A DNA stretch of 20,828 nucleotides from a virus (IMGVR_UViG_2531839668_000013:1-20828); one strand, 5' to 3'; positions 8,362 through 17,579 are shown, counted from the first letter of the stretch. The notes: a model not told the origin generated them from the letters alone. Program-made: numbers and translations.

Positions 8362-9435
8362 TTACGCTCCCGGCTCTGCGGTCGCCTTAGCCGGTGTGGA
8401 GAAATCACCGACCTTAATTTTTTCCACCAGACAACCGGCGGCGTAGTCCTCCACCACGTAATCAATGTTCATTGACTCGTAGTTCTCCACGCGGTCGAGT
8501 TTCGGGTTTTCCTCAATCACGCGGCGATGGCTGTCATCCATGTAGTAGATGGACAGGTTTTCCAGCTTCGTGATGAGCATCGCATCCGCCGGGAAGTACG
8601 GGACGCGTACCGCTGGCAGGTTGCCGATGCGTTTCTGGCTGATGATGACGTCAGCGGCCAGCATTTCGCTGTTGTCCTGCTCCTTGTTGACGATGGGAAA
8701 ATACTTGTCCGCCAGTAGCTGACGCCCCACAATCACCACAAGGTCAGGGTCTTCCTGATACCACGGTTCAATCAGGTTGTTGGTCGCATCCATCACCAGT
8801 GCATCAAGGCTGGCATAATCACCGCCCTTACCCACGCGGATGACCTCAGAGGTGGTGTGCCCTTCCTCGTCAGTGACCTTGCTCATCACGCGCGCCGGGG
8901 CTTCATTGCGGTATTTCTGCAGCCAGCCGACCGCCACATCCTGCAGCATCGGATTGCTGCTGCGGTCAGAGGTTTCGGCACGCTTCACGCCGTTAAAACC
9001 GGCCATGATGAAATCAAGGGACTGACGTTTGATAATGGCGTTACGGACACGGAGCTGGAAATCCTGATAACGCGCCCACAGGTCAAGCGTTTTGTAGCGG
9101 ATATAAAAATCGAAGTTAATCTGGTCGCATTCGTACTTGTTTGACGCCAGCTTCGAGAAGTCCTTCGGCTGACGCTCGGTGCCACCGGCAGTGTCGGTGG
9201 TGCTGGCGATGGAGCCGGTGACACCGATACCAATTTTTTCCCCTTTCATTTCGCTGACCGGCACAATGTTGATGCGGGTCAGAAAGTCAGAAGACTCCTG
9301 CATGGTGTTCATCAGGGTCTGGGTGACCGACGGTTCAACGGTGAATTTTTTCGACACATCACCGGCGTCGATGCCGTTCAGTTCGGCAACACGGGACAGG
9401 TAGGCATTAAATTTAAAGCGGGTTTCCTGGCGCAT
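8362..9435 (-). CDS. N: Major capsid protein N, 357 aa
   Basis: P2 gpN size and position between O and M. Confidence 0.9.
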   Translation of the reverse strand: MRQETRFKFNAYLSRVAELNGIDAGDVSKKFTVEPSVTQTLMNTMQESSDFLTRINIVPVSEMKGEKIGIGVTGSIASTTDTAGGTERQPKDFSKLASNKYECDQINFDFYIRYKTLDLWARYQDFQLRVRNAIIKRQSLDFIMAGFNGVKRAETSDRSSNPMLQDVAVGWLQKYRNEAPARVMSKVTDEEGHTTSEVIRVGKGGDYASLDALVMDATNNLIEPWYQEDPDLVVIVGRQLLADKYFPIVNKEQDNSEMLAADVIISQKRIGNLPAVRVPYFPADAMLITKLENLSIYYMDDSHRRVIEENPKLDRVENYESMNIDYVVEDYAAGCLVEKIKVGDFSTPAKATAEPGA

Positions 9436-9493
9436 AGTTTTTCCTGAAATTAAGGGTTAATCGTGAAGGTTTTCCCGGACTGACTGACGCCGG

Positions 9494-10348
9494 TCAGCAG
9501 TTCGTCATCAGGGCGTCACCGCCACCGCCGGTGGCTTTACTGCGGCGCTGCTGGGTCAGACTTTCGGTGTGGTCGAGACTGTTTTTCAGGCGGGTGAATG
9601 CCTGACTGGTTTCATCCGCCCTGTCAGTCACATCCTGCTTAAGTGCGGAAAAGGCGGTTTCCATCTCAGCAAGGCGCTGCTCAGTGGCGCTCAGTTTTTC
9701 CTGCACATGCTCAGCGACAGCGGTCACCGCTTCATGCACGTCATTCAGACGGGCGTCATCGCTGGCCTGTTTGCGGCCAAAAATGGATTTCACCTTTTCG
9801 GTCAGGGCGGTGAACACGGTTTCAGGCAGGTCTTCAAATTCCAGCTCAACAGGCGTTGCCACTGAAATCAGGTTTTCAGGGCTTAATTTGAAGCGGTTCA
9901 GAGGGTTGTGTTTTGCCGTGCGGCAGAATTCCAGGTATTCCGTGCCGAGGCTTGCCGGGTCATCGGTGACGGCCAGACCCACCAGATAACATTTGCCGGT
10001 ATTGGCAAAGTTCGGCTGAATTTCCATTGAGGTATAGACCTTCTGCGCGGCCTTGTTCATCGCGATAAGGTCATCGGTCGGGGTGATTTTCGCAAACAGC
10101 GCCCATTTGCCTTTCAGCGCCGAATCATCGTCAATCTTTTCGGCCTTCAGTTCGACCACATCGCCATAACGCTTAAAAATACCGTCAGGCAGGATGCCGC
10201 GCAGATGTTCCAGGTTAATGCGGCAACCATAGACACGCGGGTCAAAGGTTTCGGCCATTTCCTGAATATCCTGCGCACTGATGACACGCCCGTCACAGGT
10301 GTCACCCTCAACGCCGATACGAAAGAATTTTGAGACTTTTTTTGCCAT
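9494..10348 (-). CDS. O: Capsid scaffolding protein O, 284 aa
   Basis: MAKKVSKFFRIGVEGDTCDG... P2 gpO-like; start trimmed to ATG at 10346-10348. Confidence 0.85.
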   Translation of the reverse strand: MAKKVSKFFRIGVEGDTCDGRVISAQDIQEMAETFDPRVYGCRINLEHLRGILPDGIFKRYGDVVELKAEKIDDDSALKGKWALFAKITPTDDLIAMNKAAQKVYTSMEIQPNFANTGKCYLVGLAVTDDPASLGTEYLEFCRTAKHNPLNRFKLSPENLISVATPVELEFEDLPETVFTALTEKVKSIFGRKQASDDARLNDVHEAVTAVAEHVQEKLSATEQRLAEMETAFSALKQDVTDRADETSQAFTRLKNSLDHTESLTQQRRSKATGGGGDALMTNC

Positions 10349-10521
10349 TGTCAGGAGTCCTGAATAGTGATTAGAGGAGTCACATGTCGGCATCAGTTTC
10401 CCGACGATGCGCATCCTCCGCCATCAGTCCCGGATGGCTTATCACTGACACAACAGCACCTTAGCGAATCGCGGGGCGCGACTCAGTAGCCTTGCCGTGT
10501 ATTCATCACGGCGAGGTATTC

Positions 10522-12294
10522 ATGACCATCACCACAGACACCACTCTTTTACACGACCCGCGTCGTCAGGCGGCGCTGCTGTACTGGCAGGGATTTTCCG
10601 TGCCGCAGATTGCCGCCATGTTGCAGATGAAACGCCCGACGGTGCAGAGCTGGAAACAGCGCGACGGCTGGGACAGCGTTGCCCCCATCAGCCGTGTCGA
10701 AATGAGTCTGGAAGCGCGGCTGACCCAGCTCATTATCAAACCGCAGAAAACCGGCGGTGACTTCAAGGAAATTGACCTGCTCGGACGCCAGATTGAACGA
10801 CTGGCACGGGTCAACCGTTACAGCCAGACCGGCAACGAGGCAGACCTTAATCCGAACGTCGCTAACCGCAACAAAGGCGGGCGGCGCAAACCGAAAAAGA
10901 ATTTTTTCAGTGACGAGGCCATCGAAAAGCTGGAGCAGATTTTCTTTGAGCAGTCTTTCGACTATCAGTTGCACTGGTATCGTGCCGGGCTTGAGCACCG
11001 CATCCGCGATATCCTGAAATCCCGCCAGATTGGCGCAACGTTTTATTTTTCCCGCGAGGCGCTGCTGCGCGCCCTGAAAACCGGCCATAACCAGATTTTT
11101 CTGTCGGCCAGTAAAACGCAGGCGTATGTGTTCCGTGAATACATCATCGCCTTTGCCCGGCTGGTTGACGTTGACCTGACCGGTGACCCGATTGTCCTGG
11201 GCAATAACGGCGCAAAACTGATTTTTCTCGGCACCAACTCCAACACCGCACAGAGCCATAACGGCGACCTGTACGTCGACGAGATTTTCTGGATCCCGAA
11301 TTTTCAGGTACTGCGTAAGGTGGCATCAGGTATGGCCTCACAGAGTCACCTGCGCTCGACCTATTTCTCCACCCCGTCCACGCTGGCGCACGACGCCTAC
11401 CCGTTCTGGTCGGGTGAACTGTTTAACCGGGGACGCGCCAGCGCCGCCGAACGCGTGGAAATCGACGTCAGTCATAACGCTCTTGCCGGTGGTCTTCTCT
11501 GTGCGGACGGCCAGTGGCGGCAGATTGTCACCATTGAGGACGCCCTGAAAGGCGGCTGCACATTGTTCGACATTGAGCAGCTCAAACGCGAAAACAGCGC
11601 CGACGATTTTAAAAACCTGTTCATGTGTGAATTTGTTGACGACAAGGCATCGGTGTTCCCGTTCGAGGAGCTGCAACGCTGCATGGTCGACACGCTGGAA
11701 GAATGGGAAGACTATGCGCCGTTTGCCGCGAATCCGTTCGGCTCCCGCCCGGTATGGATTGGTTACGACCCGTCACACCGTGGCGACAGCGCCGGATGCG
11801 TGGTACTGGCACCTCCGGTGGTGGCCGGTGGCAAATTCAGAATACTTGAGCGTCACCAGTGGAAAGGCATGGACTTTGCCACTCAGGCTGAATCTATCCG
11901 CAAACTCACCGAGAAATACAACGTCGAATACATCGGTATTGATGCCACCGGCCTCGGTGTCGGCGTGTTCCAGCTCGTGCGCTCGTTCTATCCCGCCGCA
12001 CGCGACATCCGCTACACGCCGGAAATGAAAACCGCAATGGTGCTCAAGGCAAAAGACGTTATCCGCCGTGGCTGTCTGGAATATGACGTCAGCGCCACCG
12101 ACATCACCAGCTCGTTTATGGCTATCCGCAAGACCATGACCAGCAGCGGACGCAGCGCCACCTATGAGGCCAGCCGCAGCGAGGAAGCCAGCCACGCAGA
12201 CCTCGCCTGGGCGACCATGCACGCCCTGTTAAATGAGCCACTCACCGCCGGTATCAGCACCCCGCTGACATCCACCATTCTGGAGTTTTACTGA
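10522..12294 (+). CDS. P: Terminase ATPase (large) subunit P, 590 aa
   Basis: MTITTDTTLLHDPRRQAALLYWQGFSVPQIAAM... P2 gpP-like; divergent from O; RBS gagg upstream of the trimmed start. Confidence 0.9.
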   Translation: MTITTDTTLLHDPRRQAALLYWQGFSVPQIAAMLQMKRPTVQSWKQRDGWDSVAPISRVEMSLEARLTQLIIKPQKTGGDFKEIDLLGRQIERLARVNRYSQTGNEADLNPNVANRNKGGRRKPKKNFFSDEAIEKLEQIFFEQSFDYQLHWYRAGLEHRIRDILKSRQIGATFYFSREALLRALKTGHNQIFLSASKTQAYVFREYIIAFARLVDVDLTGDPIVLGNNGAKLIFLGTNSNTAQSHNGDLYVDEIFWIPNFQVLRKVASGMASQSHLRSTYFSTPSTLAHDAYPFWSGELFNRGRASAAERVEIDVSHNALAGGLLCADGQWRQIVTIEDALKGGCTLFDIEQLKRENSADDFKNLFMCEFVDDKASVFPFEELQRCMVDTLEEWEDYAPFAANPFGSRPVWIGYDPSHRGDSAGCVVLAPPVVAGGKFRILERHQWKGMDFATQAESIRKLTEKYNVEYIGIDATGLGVGVFQLVRSFYPAARDIRYTPEMKTAMVLKAKDVIRRGCLEYDVSATDITSSFMAIRKTMTSSGRSATYEASRSEEASHADLAWATMHALLNEPLTAGISTPLTSTILEFY

Positions 12295-13328
12295 TGAGCA
12301 AGAAAAAAGGGAAAACACCGCAACCTGCGGCAAAAAAAATGACTGCCAGCGCCCCGAAAATGGAGGCATTCACCTTTGGCGAGCCGGTGCCGGTACTCGA
12401 CCGCCGTGACATTCTGGATTACGTCGAGTGCATCAGTAACGGCAGATGGTATGAGCCACCGGTCAGCTTTACCGGCCTGGCAAAAAGTCTGCGTGCTGCC
12501 GTGCATCACAGCTCGCCGATTTACGTCAAACGCAATATTCTGGCCTCGACATTTATCCCGCATCCGTGGCTTTCCCAGCAGGATTTCAGCCGCTTTGTGC
12601 TGGATTTTCTGGTGTTCGGTAATGCGTTTCTGGAAAAGCGTTACAGCACCACCGGTAAGGTCATCAGACTGGAAACCTCACCGGCAAAATATACCCGCCG
12701 TGGCGTGCAAGAGGATGTTTACTGGTGGGTGCCGTCCTTCAACGAGCCGACAGCCTTCGCGCCCGGCTCCGTGTTTCACCTGCTGGAGCCGGATATTAAT
12801 CAGGAGCTGTACGGCCTGCCGGAATATCTCAGCGCCCTTAATTCTGCCTGGCTGAATGAATCAGCCACACTGTTCCGCCGCAAGTATTACGAAAACGGCG
12901 CTCATGCCGGATACATCATGTACGTCACTGATGCCGTGCAGGATCGCAACGATATCGAAATGCTCCGCGAAAACATGGTGAAGTCGAAAGGCCGCAACAA
13001 CTTTAAAAATCTGTTTCTCTATGCCCCACAGGGGAAAGCCGACGGCATCAAAATTATCCCGCTCAGTGAAGTGGCAACGAAGGACGATTTTTTTAATATC
13101 AAAAAAGCCAGCGCCGCTGACCTGCTGGACGCGCACCGCATCCCCTTTCAGTTGATGGGCGGCAAGCCGGAGAACGTCGGGTCGCTGGGTGATATTGAGA
13201 AAGTGGCAAAGGTCTTTGTCCGCAATGAGCTTATCCCGTTACAGGACAGGATCCGCGAAATAAACGGCTGGCTCGGTCAGGAGGTCATCCGATTTAAAAA
13301 CTACTCACTGGACACTGACAACGGCTGA
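12294..13328 (+). CDS. Q: Portal (capsid vertex) protein Q, 344 aa
   Basis: P2 gpQ size and position, immediately upstream of cos; start overlaps P stop. Confidence 0.9.
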   Translation: MSKKKGKTPQPAAKKMTASAPKMEAFTFGEPVPVLDRRDILDYVECISNGRWYEPPVSFTGLAKSLRAAVHHSSPIYVKRNILASTFIPHPWLSQQDFSRFVLDFLVFGNAFLEKRYSTTGKVIRLETSPAKYTRRGVQEDVYWWVPSFNEPTAFAPGSVFHLLEPDINQELYGLPEYLSALNSAWLNESATLFRRKYYENGAHAGYIMYVTDAVQDRNDIEMLRENMVKSKGRNNFKNLFLYAPQGKADGIKIIPLSEVATKDDFFNIKKASAADLLDAHRIPFQLMGGKPENVGSLGDIEKVAKVFVRNELIPLQDRIREINGWLGQEVIRFKNYSLDTDNG

Positions 13329-13333
13329 ACATC

Positions 13334-13355
13334 GCCGCCTGCGGGCGGCTTTTTT
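13334..13355 (+). terminator. Intrinsic terminator after Q
   Basis: GCCGCC-tgcg-GGCGGC hairpin followed by TTTTTT. Confidence 0.7.
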
Positions 13356-13497
13356 ACACCCCGTCATCACCCCCTCACACGCTCACCACCGCACAAAACA
13401 CCCCGCAGACACACCAACGCCTCAACGGGCAGACTAAGCGCCGTCACGACGCGCTGAGACGCTGAAAAAATAAAATCCGCACCACCGCCAGCGCGCA

Positions 13498-13516
13498 GTG
13501 CTTTCCCCGCCTCGCC
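13498..13516. other. cos: cos cohesive-end site (P2 19-nt cos)
   Basis: gtgctttccccgcctcgcc is the exact reverse complement of the P2 cohesive end GGCGAGGCGGGGAAAGCAC. Confidence 0.85.
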
Positions 13517-13661
13517 CGCCCGCTTCATGGGGCGGTTTTAATGCAGTTGCAATACCGCTTTTGAGCCACGCCAGTCCTGGCGGACGCACAGCCAGAACAT
13601 GTAACTCCGGCACATGCAAAACCATGCACAGATAAAAACGGGGATATCACAGAAAAAGCAC

Positions 13662-13688
13662 AAAAAAACCGGCATTCATGGTGCCGGT
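13662..13688 (-). terminator. Intrinsic terminator for minus-strand transcripts leaving the cargo island
   Basis: ACCGGCA-ttcatgg-TGCCGGT stem; the minus strand reads the hairpin followed by a T-run. Confidence 0.6.
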
Positions 13689-13827
13689 TCTGATCAATTT
13701 TTATAGTTGTCACTGGCCGCGCAATGTACCAATCACACTGTTGAGGCACGTACTGACAACAATTAGCAGAAAAATCGTTGTCCACGGACTTTCATAAATG
13801 TGAGATAACATCTTGATATAGATCATT

Positions 13828-14022
13828 TTATTTACTCATTCTGATGTGATTTAACAGGTATTTTATAACGACCATAAGCTCATCTTTACTGGCTTGTTCA
13901 ACCATTTTTTCAGTGTAACTGTCCACCTCGCGTGAGCTCAGGTCGTTATTTGAGGCCATTACAGTTAGCCTCTTTGCCCAGTCGGCATAAGGGTCTTTAA
14001 TTGATGAAAGGGAACTATGCAT
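13828..14022 (-). CDS. Hypothetical small protein (65 aa from internal Met; ORF extends to 14109)
   Basis: ORF in AT-rich cargo DNA with a downstream minus-strand terminator; no recognisable family; weak RBS. Confidence 0.4.
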   Translation of the reverse strand: MHSSLSSIKDPYADWAKRLTVMASNNDLSSREVDSYTEKMVEQASKDELMVVIKYLLNHIRMSK

Positions 14023-14452
14023 GTCCAAAAATCTCGAATTATTCAACCAACAGACGGCAGAAATCTTTGCGGTGCTATGGGATAACTTTCCTGTACCACA
14101 AGTCATCACCTACAAAAAATTTAACGCCGCGTTACCTGATGACTACTTTGACCAACTTAACTCACCAGAAATGAAAGCACTGAATCAGTTGCGTAGTGTG
14201 GTTGATGGCACATTCACTTTCTTAAGCGAAAACGGCTATATTCTGTACGGAACAGACCATCAGACCGGTTTTCATGATGTGCGACTGACCGAGAAAGCAC
14301 TCGCGGTGCTCAACAAAAAACCCGAAGCACTTGGCGGTAATGAAACGATGGGAGATAAGATTATCAGCGCAGTGAAGGACGGGACACCTGGTGTTATTGC
14401 CGGTGCAGTAACAAACCTGCTTACCCTCGGTGTCAATCTGATAACTAGCTAA
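14021..14452 (+). CDS. Hypothetical protein, 143 aa, with C-terminal Gly/Ala-rich hydrophobic segment
   Basis: Long ORF in AT-rich DNA; AGGGA-like RBS about 8 nt upstream; followed by terminator-like hairpin; no recognised family. Confidence 0.6.
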   Translation: MSKNLELFNQQTAEIFAVLWDNFPVPQVITYKKFNAALPDDYFDQLNSPEMKALNQLRSVVDGTFTFLSENGYILYGTDHQTGFHDVRLTEKALAVLNKKPEALGGNETMGDKIISAVKDGTPGVIAGAVTNLLTLGVNLITS

Positions 14453-14465
14453 CGCCTTACTTCAC

Positions 14466-14510
14466 CTCCGCCAGCACTGAAAGCAAGTTTCAGCACCGGC
14501 GGAGTTTCTT
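14466..14510 (+). terminator. Terminator-like compound hairpin after the 143-aa gene
   Basis: CTCCGCC...GGCGGAG outer stem with inner CTGAAA/TTTCAG stem, followed by TTTCTT. Confidence 0.5.
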
Positions 14511-14560
14511 AAATTTGTTCCATCTCAAACATTGAGATATCTTTTTCATTTCACCCGGAA

Positions 14561-14998
14561 TTACTTAATTACATTAAAGGTGAATCCCTTTACCCCTCGA
14601 CCAAAAACAGCCCCTCCATCCGATATATAAACAGAATTATCACAAAGACATATATCACCAAATGAATACTTTCCAAGCAAGTCTTTATAAATAGAAATAA
14701 GCTCTTGAGCCACATAAGGAATCATTAATTTTGATAACCCTTGTCCCCGCTCACTTTGCTTAACCCAAACATAATCTATTTGATATATTACAGCGTCCTC
14801 TGTAGATTCAATGATGAATGAACAAAAACCTATTTTCTCATTATCGTCATTCACCACTGCCACCACACTCACAAAATTACTGCAAAGTGCCTGATTATAC
14901 TTCTCCTCTGCTACGCTACAACAATCTTCAAAATCCCCGACTCCCAAAGAGATATCGGTGATAACATTCCCTTTCTTATCAATGCAAACTCTTACCAT
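14561..14998 (-). CDS. GNAT-family N-acetyltransferase-like protein, 145 aa
   Basis: Motif VWVKQSERGQGLSKLM resembles the GNAT acetyl-CoA binding motif (R-x-x-G-x-G) preceded by beta-strand-like segments; AGGT RBS; 45 bp downstream of A on the same strand. Confidence 0.55.
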   Translation of the reverse strand: MVRVCIDKKGNVITDISLGVGDFEDCCSVAEEKYNQALCSNFVSVVAVVNDDNEKIGFCSFIIESTEDAVIYQIDYVWVKQSERGQGLSKLMIPYVAQELISIYKDLLGKYSFGDICLCDNSVYISDGGAVFGRGVKGFTFNVIK

Positions 14999-15043
14999 AT
15001 ATAATTACCTGGCGTTATCTTGACACATTATTTATCAATAAGT

Positions 15044-17314
15044 TTAATCCACAAACCCCGGCCACTCATCAGTGACCGGATACGTGAATTTTTTCCCGCC
15101 ATAATTTACGGTTGCCCCACGCGCCAGCGCCTCAAGCTCCCATCGCTGCGGCCTGATACCGTTCTGAGCAAGGTCAACGCGGATACGGGTGATTTGCATT
15201 CGTTCCGACCGGGTCAGTCTGGCCGATGGCGCAATTTCATGTGGTTTTAACGGACTTCCGTTTCTTTGCTGACGGTTTGGCGTTCGCAGGTCGTGTTTTA
15301 ATGCGCCCCTGAGCGCCCTCACGACCTCCGGTTCATTCCATTCGATAACACCGTCATCAACCAGATTAAGCACTGCTGCGGCGTGCTCAGAAGGCGTGGG
15401 AGCCGGTAACGAAGTATCACCACCAGTGAGCTTTCCACAGTTATTGACAGGACTCCGAGGCGCGGCGATGCCGCTTTTTAAAGTCAAAGGCTCAACGACC
15501 GGCACTTTCGGAACAATGCGCCAGTCCATCGTTCTGGTGATATGAATATGACGCGCGCCGAGATGCGGCGCGTAAATGCCGACCACTCTCTCGACTTCTT
15601 CCTCGTACTCGTTAACTTCATCCGACGGACTACGGGCAACCCTGACAGTCTGACAATCGCGCGGAACATTTGCCCCACCCTGCGCGCTGATATACAACGC
15701 AAAATCACCACTGTCTGCGGCAGCGCGTGCAGCCTCGACGCGTTCGTCAAACTCATCAGCAATGCTGACGCCGCGAGGCAATTTGCGTAGTTCACGGTAA
15801 GCCCCCATTGTCGGCAGGCCAACCGTTTTAAATTGCGGAATGCGCCACGTTGACGCCCATGCGGTAACAGCCGCGGCAGTGTCTTTCAGCGGCCTGCCGG
15901 TATCGTTATCGAGCTGACCATCCAGTGCATAGCCATCGATGTTTTTTGAGATGTATTTCGCGATATATCCCGCAGCACCGCCCCGGTTAAGGTGTTTTGC
16001 CTGAAAACGGTTTCGCGCGGCTCCTCTTTCGTCACCATCCTCTTTGAGCGCATAGCGACGCATGATTTCGATAATCTGGTTACGCTGGCGTGGATTACAA
16101 AAAAGCATCATATGCCAGTGCGGCGTTCCGTCGTGGTGTGGCTCGACGACTCGCAAACCGTAGACCTGTAAATCATTATCCTTGAATGCCGTGCGCATCA
16201 GGCTCCAGATGCGGCAGAGATAACGCTGCGCATCCTTTGGATTAAATGCCTCATCATTCCAGCCGTGATTTAGCTGGACGGTTTTACTTTCGCCTTTTCC
16301 GACCTGACGTGTCGGGTGATACTTTGACGGCGCGGTCAGAGTGATAAACATCCCCACATCACCCTCTGCGGCGGCGTAACGCTCAATACCGGCGATGGTG
16401 TTCATCAGCTCCATCCGGCGAATTTCAGGATTAGAAATACTGCCCATCACCTTACTGATAAGGTCGATGCGCTCGCCGGTTTCCCTGTTTTCGAGGTCAC
16501 ACGATTTAAGAAATTCCAGATTTGCCTGGCGGCGTGCACGCACATCACGAATGGCATGTTTACTGGCATAAGGAGAACGGTCTTTATTGACCTCCCCGAC
16601 AGCAATCAGTAACGCCTCATGCCAGCGCATACGCTGGCCTTTAAGCTGATGAGTCCACCACTCATCGTTAAACAGACGGGCAATGGCAGAATATGCCTGC
16701 CTCGTGGTCATCTGTCCTTTACGGTATTTTTTCCAGTAGAGAGGGGAAATATTGAAAGCACGTGCAGCGCCAGCAACATGACCATACAGATGCGCCTGCG
16801 CCTCATCTGTAAACAGCGATTCTTTCTCGCCATGTGCATCAACCCATGCATCGCAGAGTTCCTCATACATCATGAAAAGCTGCGATGAGATACGGGCGGC
16901 AAACTTTTTCAGCTCCTTGTCATTCATCCCCGGCAGACGCGCATAATGGTCACGCTCTGCCAGAAACAGCAACGACGCGTCGGTGTTCATTTCATGGCGC
17001 TGATTCACGCGCTCAATACGCGGCCATAAACGGCGCTGAAAAGTGGATGTGAGGAAATAAAACCCGTGCACCGGGCTTTTATTGCGCCGGATGTAGTCAT
17101 AGCGTGAAGTAAACAGCGAGCGCAAAAAGTAAGGCAGGCGATTAATCGTGGATAAAACACCTTGCACCTGACGCATCTCGTCACGTGTAAGGGGTCTTTC
17201 GCGCCCGACGGCCTCGCGTGGCGCGTTCCATGCATAAGCACCGGTAAACGTCTCACCGGTGCCTGCGGCAAATGCTGACGGAGGGACAAAACGCCCGGAG
17301 GCTTTAACGGCCAT
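15044..17314 (-). CDS. A: Replication initiation protein A (rolling-circle nickase), about 756 aa
   Basis: P2 gpA-like throughout (PHWHMMLF, YIAKYISK active-site region); start trimmed to MAVKASGRF. Confidence 0.9.
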   Translation of the reverse strand: MAVKASGRFVPPSAFAAGTGETFTGAYAWNAPREAVGRERPLTRDEMRQVQGVLSTINRLPYFLRSLFTSRYDYIRRNKSPVHGFYFLTSTFQRRLWPRIERVNQRHEMNTDASLLFLAERDHYARLPGMNDKELKKFAARISSQLFMMYEELCDAWVDAHGEKESLFTDEAQAHLYGHVAGAARAFNISPLYWKKYRKGQMTTRQAYSAIARLFNDEWWTHQLKGQRMRWHEALLIAVGEVNKDRSPYASKHAIRDVRARRQANLEFLKSCDLENRETGERIDLISKVMGSISNPEIRRMELMNTIAGIERYAAAEGDVGMFITLTAPSKYHPTRQVGKGESKTVQLNHGWNDEAFNPKDAQRYLCRIWSLMRTAFKDNDLQVYGLRVVEPHHDGTPHWHMMLFCNPRQRNQIIEIMRRYALKEDGDERGAARNRFQAKHLNRGGAAGYIAKYISKNIDGYALDGQLDNDTGRPLKDTAAAVTAWASTWRIPQFKTVGLPTMGAYRELRKLPRGVSIADEFDERVEAARAAADSGDFALYISAQGGANVPRDCQTVRVARSPSDEVNEYEEEVERVVGIYAPHLGARHIHITRTMDWRIVPKVPVVEPLTLKSGIAAPRSPVNNCGKLTGGDTSLPAPTPSEHAAAVLNLVDDGVIEWNEPEVVRALRGALKHDLRTPNRQQRNGSPLKPHEIAPSARLTRSERMQITRIRVDLAQNGIRPQRWELEALARGATVNYGGKKFTYPVTDEWPGFVD

Positions 17315-17579
17315 ATGAGCCAAAAGCCTCTGAACAACGCTTGCTGAGTTGCTCAACCTGCGCGTTTAAATCAGCAAAAGACTTTGCGCTTCCGGTCAGA
17401 ATATCGTGATGCATCAGGCCGGAAACAAGCTGGCTTAATTTCGGGTAATAACCAACCACCGCCAGCCATTCCTGACCGGCGTTTTTACCGCTTTCAGCTC
17501 TCTTTTTCTCGTGGAGAATAAACTGAAAGCTGTCACTGGTAACGACATAACGTTCGCCAATTTCAATACGAATACTCAT
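17304..17579 (-). CDS. Small early-operon protein, P2 orf83-position, 91 aa
   Basis: Position immediately upstream of A; unknown function. Confidence 0.6.
   Translation of the reverse strand: MSIRIEIGERYVVTSDSFQFILHEKKRAESGKNAGQEWLAVVGYYPKLSQLVSGLMHHDILTGSAKSFADLNAQVEQLSKRCSEAFGSYGR

Noticed and set aside
10415-10521. Search for Ogr-type late promoter boxes (TGT-N12-ACA) in the P-O divergent intergenic region
   Set aside because: I could not find a clean TGT-N12-ACA match by eye (only a GCCGTG-N7-CACGGC inverted repeat in the P leader), so no specific Ogr site is asserted although late promoters are expected here.
10549-12222. Minus-strand ORFs (236, 82, 67, 65, 112, 73, 63, 149 aa) overlapping P
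   Set aside because: Lie entirely within the terminase large-subunit gene on the opposite strand; no RBS or family resemblance.
12297-12341. A-rich tracts (A6 and A8) at the 5' end of Q
   Set aside because: They encode the lysine-rich N-terminus of the portal protein (MSKKKGK...AAKKM); probably native sequence rather than a phase-variation switch, though homopolymer slippage cannot be excluded.
13513-13540. GC-rich hairpin-like sequence CCGCCCGCTTCATGGGGCGG followed by TTTTAAT, overlapping cos
   Set aside because: Overlaps the cos cohesive-end region, where secondary structure is more likely related to terminase recognition than to transcription termination; not called as a terminator.
15020-15048. 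Plus-strand promoter-like TTGACA-17-TTTAAT at the 3' end of A
   Set aside because: Would drive transcription antisense into A; AT-rich junction DNA readily produces such matches by chance.
15484-16888. ORFs 15484-15822 (-), 15542-15790 (+) and 16619-16888 (+) inside gene A
   Set aside because: Alternate-frame or antisense ORFs nested in the replication initiator gene; treated as chance ORFs.
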